DNA from: a bacterium
Lineage (GTDB): Bacteria; J088; JAWLBW01
Direction: 5' to 3'
DNA length: 20,000 bases
NCBI GenBank assembly: GCA_041690355.1
Contig: JAWLHK010000006.1
Coordinates: forward strand, 236,116 to 256,115
Part shown: positions 18,657 to 20,000 of the stretch, in pieces
Position numbering within the stretch: position 1 is the first letter of the stretch
How the letters are laid out: every line of letters starts with the position of its first letter
Program-made: the position numbers and the translations under genes
The notes under the pieces: generated by a model
The model's input: only the letters and a program-made list of their open reading frames with translations
Databases searched by the model: none
What the model was told of the DNA's origin: nothing

Positions 18657-19898
18657 TCAGGCGGCGACCTTCTCCTCTCCCGTCGTGACCTGCACGCCAT
18701 CGCTGTAGGTTGCTCCATCGGCAACCTCTGCCAGCTTGTCAGGCGCGTTGAGTTTGCGGAAATTCTTTTCGGCGACCAGCAGCATTCTCCATATCACGGC
18801 GGTCGCATTCTCGACCTTCTTGAATCGCTTCGCTGCAGTCGTGCGTAGTCGCACGACCGCGAAAGGAGACTCGACGATGTTGGTCGTGCGGAGATGGAGC
18901 CAGTGCTCTTTTGGAAAGCTGTAAAAGGTGACCATGCGCTCCCAGTCATGGTCGAGCAGTGCCGCAGCCTTTTGGTGTTTCTCGCCGCACCAGTCCTGAA
19001 ACTCCTTCTTGCGTCGCTCAGCATCGGCCCGTGTTTCAGCTCTTGGAATGGCCGTCACAAGGCGTCGCGCGACTTCCTGATCCTTCTGGTTGATCCGGTC
19101 CAGGACATTCATCACGCGGTGATTCCAACACCTCTGTTCCCGGGCGTCTGGGAACACGTTCGCCAGCGCCCCCCAGAGCCCCAGATGACCGTCGCCCATC
19201 ACGAGGCGCGGACAGTTCATGCCGCGTCGTTTCAAGTCTCGCAGAATTGCCGACCAGGCTTCAGTCGACTCGCGGTGCCCGGCCTCAACGGTCAACACGG
19301 TCTTGGTGCCGTCGCGTAGACCCGCAATGATCGTCAATAGGGCCGCCTTCTCGCGCTCAAGGCCCGCTTTCACATAGACTCCATCGCACCACAGATATAC
19401 GACGTCGACCCCGTGCAGGGAGCGGTGGCGCCACTGCTCATACTCTGCCTGCCATTTCGTCTTCAGACGCGCGATTGTACTCGCTGACAGAGGGGCGTCG
19501 TCGCCGAGCAGGCCCCGGAGAGCAAGCTCGAAATCCCCGAGCGAGAGGCCATGCAGATAAAGTTCGGGGAGCGCGTCCCCAAGCTCCTGGCTGCGCTTCT
19601 TAAATAGGGGAAGAACCTTACTCTCAAATCGTTCCTCCAGCCCACGTATACGTGGCCGGCGAACCTCGACGGTCCCGCTACTCATGGTGAGCTTACGAGG
19701 CTTGGCGTAGCCGTTACGCGAACCTTCCTGTGGGGCGACCCCATCACGCCGCTCGTACCGGTCGCGGCCAAGAAAGGCCGAAACCTCTTGCTCAAGTATT
19801 TCCTGGATGAAGCCCTGGACCTTCGACCGGACCATCGTTTCGAGGTTATCCCAAGTGATGATTGACACGTCCGTTACGTCTGTGGTGTTCTGTTTCAT
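18657..19898 (-). CDS. IS256-family (mutator-type) DDE transposase
   Basis: RNGY..R.L, LWCDGVY (D), VMGDG (D), QRCWNH (CxxH), RTTNIVES (E); 413 aa, uninterrupted. GAAAGGA RBS. Confidence 0.95.
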   Translation of the reverse strand: MKQNTTDVTDVSIITWDNLETMVRSKVQGFIQEILEQEVSAFLGRDRYERRDGVAPQEGSRNGYAKPRKLTMSSGTVEVRRPRIRGLEERFESKVLPLFKKRSQELGDALPELYLHGLSLGDFELALRGLLGDDAPLSASTIARLKTKWQAEYEQWRHRSLHGVDVVYLWCDGVYVKAGLEREKAALLTIIAGLRDGTKTVLTVEAGHRESTEAWSAILRDLKRRGMNCPRLVMGDGHLGLWGALANVFPDAREQRCWNHRVMNVLDRINQKDQEVARRLVTAIPRAETRADAERRKKEFQDWCGEKHQKAAALLDHDWERMVTFYSFPKEHWLHLRTTNIVESPFAVVRLRTTAAKRFKKVENATAVIWRMLLVAEKNFRKLNAPDKLAEVADGATYSDGVQVTTGEEKVAA

Positions 19899-19966
19899 GG
19901 TGGTGTATTCCTTTCACCGGGCGGCAACCCGGAGGTTTGGTTTGGTTATCGAAAGGATACACCGCC
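19899..19966 (-). promoter_or_regulatory. stem-loop occluding the transposase ribosome-binding site
   Basis: GGTGGTGTATTCCTTTC (19899-19915) is nearly complementary to GAAAGGATACACCGCC (19951-19966); inner CCGGG/CCCGG hairpin at 19917-19932. Confidence 0.7.
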
Positions 19967-20000
19967 TTTTTCGTTTTTACACACCTTTTGAGGCTACCTC

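Larger units (their letters stand above)
18627..20000 (-). mobile_element. IS256-family insertion sequence, about 1374 bp
   Basis: Imperfect terminal inverted repeats GAGCTTCCGTCAAATTGTGTGTAAA (18627-18651) and the reverse complement of 19976-20000, GAGGTAGCCTCAAAAGGTGTGTAAA (19/25 identical), flank a single transposase. Confidence 0.9.

Overview
High-GC bacterial chromosomal window; the gene content suggests an uncultured Myxococcota/deltaproteobacterium-like organism (inference). From left to right: a possible CDS 3' end and an intrinsic terminator; a small membrane protein; a secreted chalcone-isomerase-fold protein divergent from a geranylgeranyl-reductase-like flavoprotein and an HExxH membrane protein; a tightly packed operon of a Pol-beta-type nucleotidyltransferase, a signal-less BON protein and a calcineurin-like metallophosphoesterase; ampG; a DUF1285-like protein, a phosphohexomutase and a VAT-1-like reductase; a ZU5-like lipoprotein and an amidase on the minus strand; dnaE; a pectinacetylesterase/Notum-like lipoprotein; and a lower-GC exported-protein gene interrupted by an apparently complete IS256-family element (18627-20000) whose far inverted repeat ends exactly at the window edge. 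The best candidate for an undescribed system is the NTase-BON-phosphoesterase operon (3658-5309), a possible writer/target/eraser nucleotidylation module. Other points of interest are recurrent intergenic 7-8 bp repeat arrays, three candidate leaderless genes, an RBS-sequestering hairpin in the IS, and a codon-usage anomaly inside dnaE. All family assignments come from motif recognition by eye; no database searches were run.
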